Of a stretch of 64,000 nucleotides of DNA, positions 59,667-64,000 are shown piece after piece. The stretch lies in assembly GCA_016748015.1 (NCBI GenBank), contig JAAOMT010000384.1:186001-250000 (forward strand), in the 5' to 3' direction. Made by a program: the position numbers and the translations under genes. The notes beneath the pieces were generated by a model. That model had not been told where the DNA came from. It was given only the letters and a program-made list of their open reading frames with translations, and did no database searches. Source of the DNA: Geosiphon pyriformis uo1 (Eukaryota > Fungi > Glomeromycota). Within the stretch, counting starts at the first letter, position 1. Each line of letters starts with the position of its first letter.

Positions 59667-62600
59667 ATATTTTCAGAAGAACCTTTGACAGAAAACCTAG
59701 CAAGAAAGCAAAATACAGTTATTGGTGGCATGGCCCTTATGCATGGTGCTGGTGCAATAAACCTTTGTATTTACCAAGTGATGAATGCAAATCTTGTCTA
59801 ATCTACTACAAAGATTGGGAACCAATTAGCTTAATACTTCGAAAAGAACTTAAAAAAGTACAAAAGACCTTTGAGAATGAACCACCTGAAATCTAATTAC
59901 TAGTTGTAGAACAAAGAAAATCTTCCCCTGAAGAAAGAAAAGTGGACATTGAAAATCTGTTGGCTAGAAATAGCCCAGTTATCTCAAAATAAGGTGATAT
60001 CTCTGGATGAACCCATGTAATACAACACACCATCACCACAAAAGAAACTTATCTCATCCATTTGAAGCCTTATTAATCCAATAGACACAATGATAAGTTT
60101 ATTAAGAAAGAGATAAACCAAATGAAAGATCTTGGATTCATACAAGAAACCAAGAGTAAATGGACTTTCCCAGTTGTAATAGTATCCAAGAAAGATGGAA
60201 CCCTACACTTCTGTGTTGACTACTGCCAATTAAATGCCATTACTATAAGAGACATATACCCACTTCTCAAGATTGATGCAATGCTAAATAAATTCAATGG
60301 TGCTGTTTTCTTCTCAACTATTGATTTAACTGCTAAATTCTGGCAAGTAGAAATGGATCCAAAAAGTAGAAAAAAAACTGCCTTTATCACCAAGTATGGC
60401 ACCTATGAATTCATAGTCATGCTTTTTGGTCTTACCAATACTCTTTTCACTTTTCAATGCCTAATAGATAAAGTGTTTGAATCAGTAAAAAAAAACTTTG
60501 TTCTGGTTTACTTGGATGATATAATTGTATATTCAAAAATCTGGAATGAACATCTTGAACATTTACAAAAGATTTTTGACCTGCTCAGAAATGTTGGCCT
60601 TAAAATCAACCCAATCAAATTTTTCTTTGGACACCAATCCACCCAGTTCCTTGGTCATCTTATTACAAAAGATGGAATTTTCTCTGACCCAGCCAAAGTT
60701 AAAAAAGTTCAGAACATTAGACAACTAATAAATATTCCTAAACTACACTCTTTCTTTGGTTTGGCCTCTTATTATTGCAAATTTATTAAGAATTTTTCCA
60801 AAATTGCCTTTCCTCTCAATTAGCTATTCAGGAAAAATGTCAATTATCACTGGGGCACTCATCAACAAAAAGCTTTTGAATTTTTGAAGGAAAAACTTGT
60901 TACTGAACCAATTCTCAAACAACCTGATTTGGACCAATCTTTTATCTTCTACACTGATGCATTTGGCTATGGACTTGGGTCTGTCCTTTCACAGAAAGAT
61001 AAAAATGGTAGAGAACATGCCATAGCATATGCCAGTAGATTTCTCATACCAGCAGAAAAGAACTATTCAGTTACTGAACAGGAATGCTTAGCAGTAGTTT
61101 GGACTACTAGCTACTGGGATCAATATCTTCTTGGTGCAAAATTCTTAGTAGTAACAGATCATCAAGTCTTGGTTTGGCTGTACAAAAAAAAGAAGCTGGA
61201 ACACAAGTGAATAACTCACTGAATACTCTACTTGGATGAATTTGACTATGATATTCAACACCACAAAAGAACAAATTATCAAAATGCCAATGCTCTCTCT
61301 AGACTTACTATCTAGTGATAGTACAACTTCTCAAACCAAACCAACTTAATCATTAGTAACTTCTTCACAAACAAACACAATAATGGACTTGAACAACTAC
61401 TCTGCCTTAATAGAATTTTTGGGTAAAAGACAATACCCACCTGAATACACTTAACAGCAAAGAGAACATTTGTGCAAACAATCAAATTTCTATTTGATCC
61501 ACCAGAACCAATTATACAAAAGAAACAGAAAAGATCTTGACTGCTCTCAGAGAGTCATCAGATTTGAAGAAAGAGAAATTGTAATATACAACATGCACAC
61601 TGACCCATTAGCTGGACACTTTGAAAATACAAAAACAAATTAGAAAACTTTAGCTTGTTATTATTGGCCTACCTTGGGAAAAGACATTGCTGAATACATC
61701 AAAACCTGTGACATCTGCCAAAAAAAAGGCAAACTCAATCACAAAGAAGATATCCATCTAATCTCTGTTGGTCAACCATTTGACAGAATTGGTATAGATG
61801 TTGTTGGACCTTTAACAATCACTCCTGATGGCAACAGATATATTATCACAGCTACTGACTATCTTACAAAGTGAGTAGAAGCAAGAGCCACCCCAGACCA
61901 AACAGCAGTCTCAATAGCCAATTTCATTTATGAAGATATCATTTGCTGTTATGGCTGCCTCAAAGAACTTTTATCTGATAACTTTGTAAAAAAATGGGAA
62001 TACATTATAAACTTTCCTCTTTTTATTACCCCTAAACAAATGGCCTAGTGAAACGTTTCAATAGAACATTATGTGAAACCCTAGCCAAAACCAGTGAAGA
62101 AACAAACTTATAAGACAAAGTACTGCCTTTAGCTTTGTTTGCTTATAGAACTGTGAATCATGACATAACAAGTTATGAATCTTTTTATCTGCTCTATGAA
62201 CACATGGCAACACTACCAATAAAAACTGACATTGAAACAATATCTTTTAAAAAGATCACAATAAGAAATTACAAAGACATTTTGCAAAGAAAACTTGGTA
62301 CCATTCTTGACTCCTTGGTAGAAGCATGAATAATTGCTTTTGAAAAGATAAAACAGTTCCAAAAAAAGCTTAAGAAAAAGAAAACCTATAAAACACTTTC
62401 TTTAAGTATTGGTGACTTGGTACTAGAATACCATTCTGACAGAGACAATGTTTATGGTGATAAATTTTCTAGCTGGTGGAAAGGACTTTTTATAGTCAAC
62501 AAAGTTTTGAACAATGGTTCTTATATTCTTTAAGATCAATTCAGAACAATCTTTAATGATCATTCTGTTCATGATACATGACTTAAGAAATATTATAAAC

Positions 62601-63956
62601 GATCTGATTGGCTGCCTGTTATAATAATACCAACTCAAATGATCAGCAAAAATCAAGTATAAATAAATGCACTATTCCCAAAATAGAGGTATCTTCAATT
62701 GACATGAACAATTATTTTTTGGATCAAAACATTCAAAATGTCTTCTATACTCTTCATGAGTATTGGATCAAAAACTATCCAAATGCTACTCTGACTATTG
62801 GAAAACAAACCACCATAACTAATAACAATAGAACACATACTGTTATTAGACCAAAGAAAACTACTACCAGAAGAGAAAGAATTGGTAGTAAAATGGATAA
62901 ATATCTGTTGGAAAGTATAACAGCAGTTATACTTTCACCTTCCAACACAATTGGAAAAACACTTCAAAAAATTTTATCTATAGACAAAAACTTGTCAATT
63001 AGAACTCTATGGTCACCTTGGTAAAATCATAAAGAATATAAAACTCATGAAGAAAACAACTTCAGAAATACAGACAGAAATTTTGGGCATTATATGGTTA
63101 GATGTCTCAAGAGTTTTAATTATTGCTAAAAGAGCCAAAACTTTAATACAAAGATTTAGTCTCTTGAATACAAAACTTATTTTGCCAAGTGTTATATACT
63201 TTATTCACAAAAGACTTTAACAAACTAGTTAGCTTTGAGTTAGATAAAACCCTTCCAATAGATTACATCATAAATAGCTTGATTTTATCAAAGCTCAATC
63301 TCTTTGGAGAGGATAATGTTATGGTTGAAACTTATACTTCTTATTAATTATCACATGTATTAGCCACTGATGTCACATAAATTAGCCACACTATTTTTAG
63401 AAAGTGATTATTGACCACTTTTGACAGCTATATAAGCAATAAATCTCTTAGCTGTAGAAAAATATGAAAAAATAAAAAAATCAAGGAAATAAAATAAATA
63501 AAATAACAACTTTCATCTCAATTATTCTCTTATCACTAAATTTCTCTTTCCCTATCTTCAAGTATCTAAACATCTTGAGATAAAAGATCACTTGTTGGTT
63601 ATTTTTTATCCTTTTTCTGAAATGTGTAATTGCAACATTTGAAGATTATTGAATAAAACATAACTGAAGAGTACATTTGATACCTGATATTGAATTCTAA
63701 GAGTGTTGACATGAGACATAAAATTATACCAGGCATGATCATTTGTTGACAGTACAGACTATTCTTCTATCTTCAGATTCCCTGGTTATCTTTTGAAAAG
63801 CATAGCAACTGAAATATTTTATGAGACTGATTTCACACATTAAATCCATACTTATTTAATTTGTTCTTTAAAGTTGAATTCTCTTTGATTTCTTTCATTA
63901 CTCTACAATTCTGTTTTCCCTTGCTATTTGTTAGCTTGTTATTCCAACCTGTAACA
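59667..63956 (+). mobile_element. Family B copy B3, 3' part: RT-RH-IN, ORF3 (~62704-63347) and 3' LTR
   Basis: YLDDIIVYS; YTDA.GYGLG; FDRIGIDVVGP; PPT GGAGAGGATAA. Confidence 0.93.
63317..63956 (+). repeat. B3 3' LTR
   Basis: TGTTATGG..CTGTAACA; same subtype as 7803-8438. Confidence 0.93.
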
Positions 63957-64000
63957 ATATATTAAGTAGCAAAGATAGTGCTAGTGTGTAGTTAGAGCTT
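63957..64000 (+). mobile_element. 3' fragment of another ORF1-only element, the insertion target of B3
   Basis: attaagtagcaaag.tag..ctagtgtgtagttagag matches 3850-3886. Confidence 0.8.

Noticed and set aside
1-64000. Host genes, tRNA/rRNA genes, DNA transposons or prokaryotic defence systems (retron, DGR)
   Set aside because: Essentially every segment is accounted for by LTR or non-LTR retroelements; the RTs are Gypsy- or LINE-type

Overview
AT-rich, strongly CpG-depleted eukaryotic DNA, probably fungal. The proteins recall repeat-derived ORFs of Glomeromycota such as Geosiphon, but that is from memory and unverified. No host gene is recognisable: the whole 64 kb is a nest of degenerate retroelements. 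(i) Ty3/Gypsy family A has ~0.95 kb LTRs (TGTTAC..GTAACA); one full-length minus-strand copy at 13468-31710 carries gag-PR-dUTPase-RT-RH-IN plus an extra 3' ORF, and there are two further LTR copies. (ii) Ty3/Gypsy family B has ~0.63 kb LTRs; one structurally complete copy lies at 17307-24807, with broken copies and a solo LTR elsewhere. It has a U_UUA_AAC -1 frameshift signal and an extra 3' ORF. (iii) A ~7.4 kb LINE (ORF1 RRM-RRM-CCHC; ORF2 APE-RT-RNase H-CCHC) is present as three long copies and two fragments. (iv) A ~2.4 kb non-autonomous, ORF1-only, poly(A)-tailed element (HAL1-like) is present as four copies and a fragment; it shares the LINE's stop codon context and structured 3' tail. 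(v) A fragment of a probable third LTR family lies at 244-1155. Target-site duplications (TSDs) resolve nesting five levels deep and point to an inversion between two inverted LINE copies. The most novel-looking signals are a non-env ORF3 that appears homologous between the two Gypsy families and reads through the PPT into the 3' LTR, and the ORF1-only element/LINE pair with a covarying 3' RNA structure.
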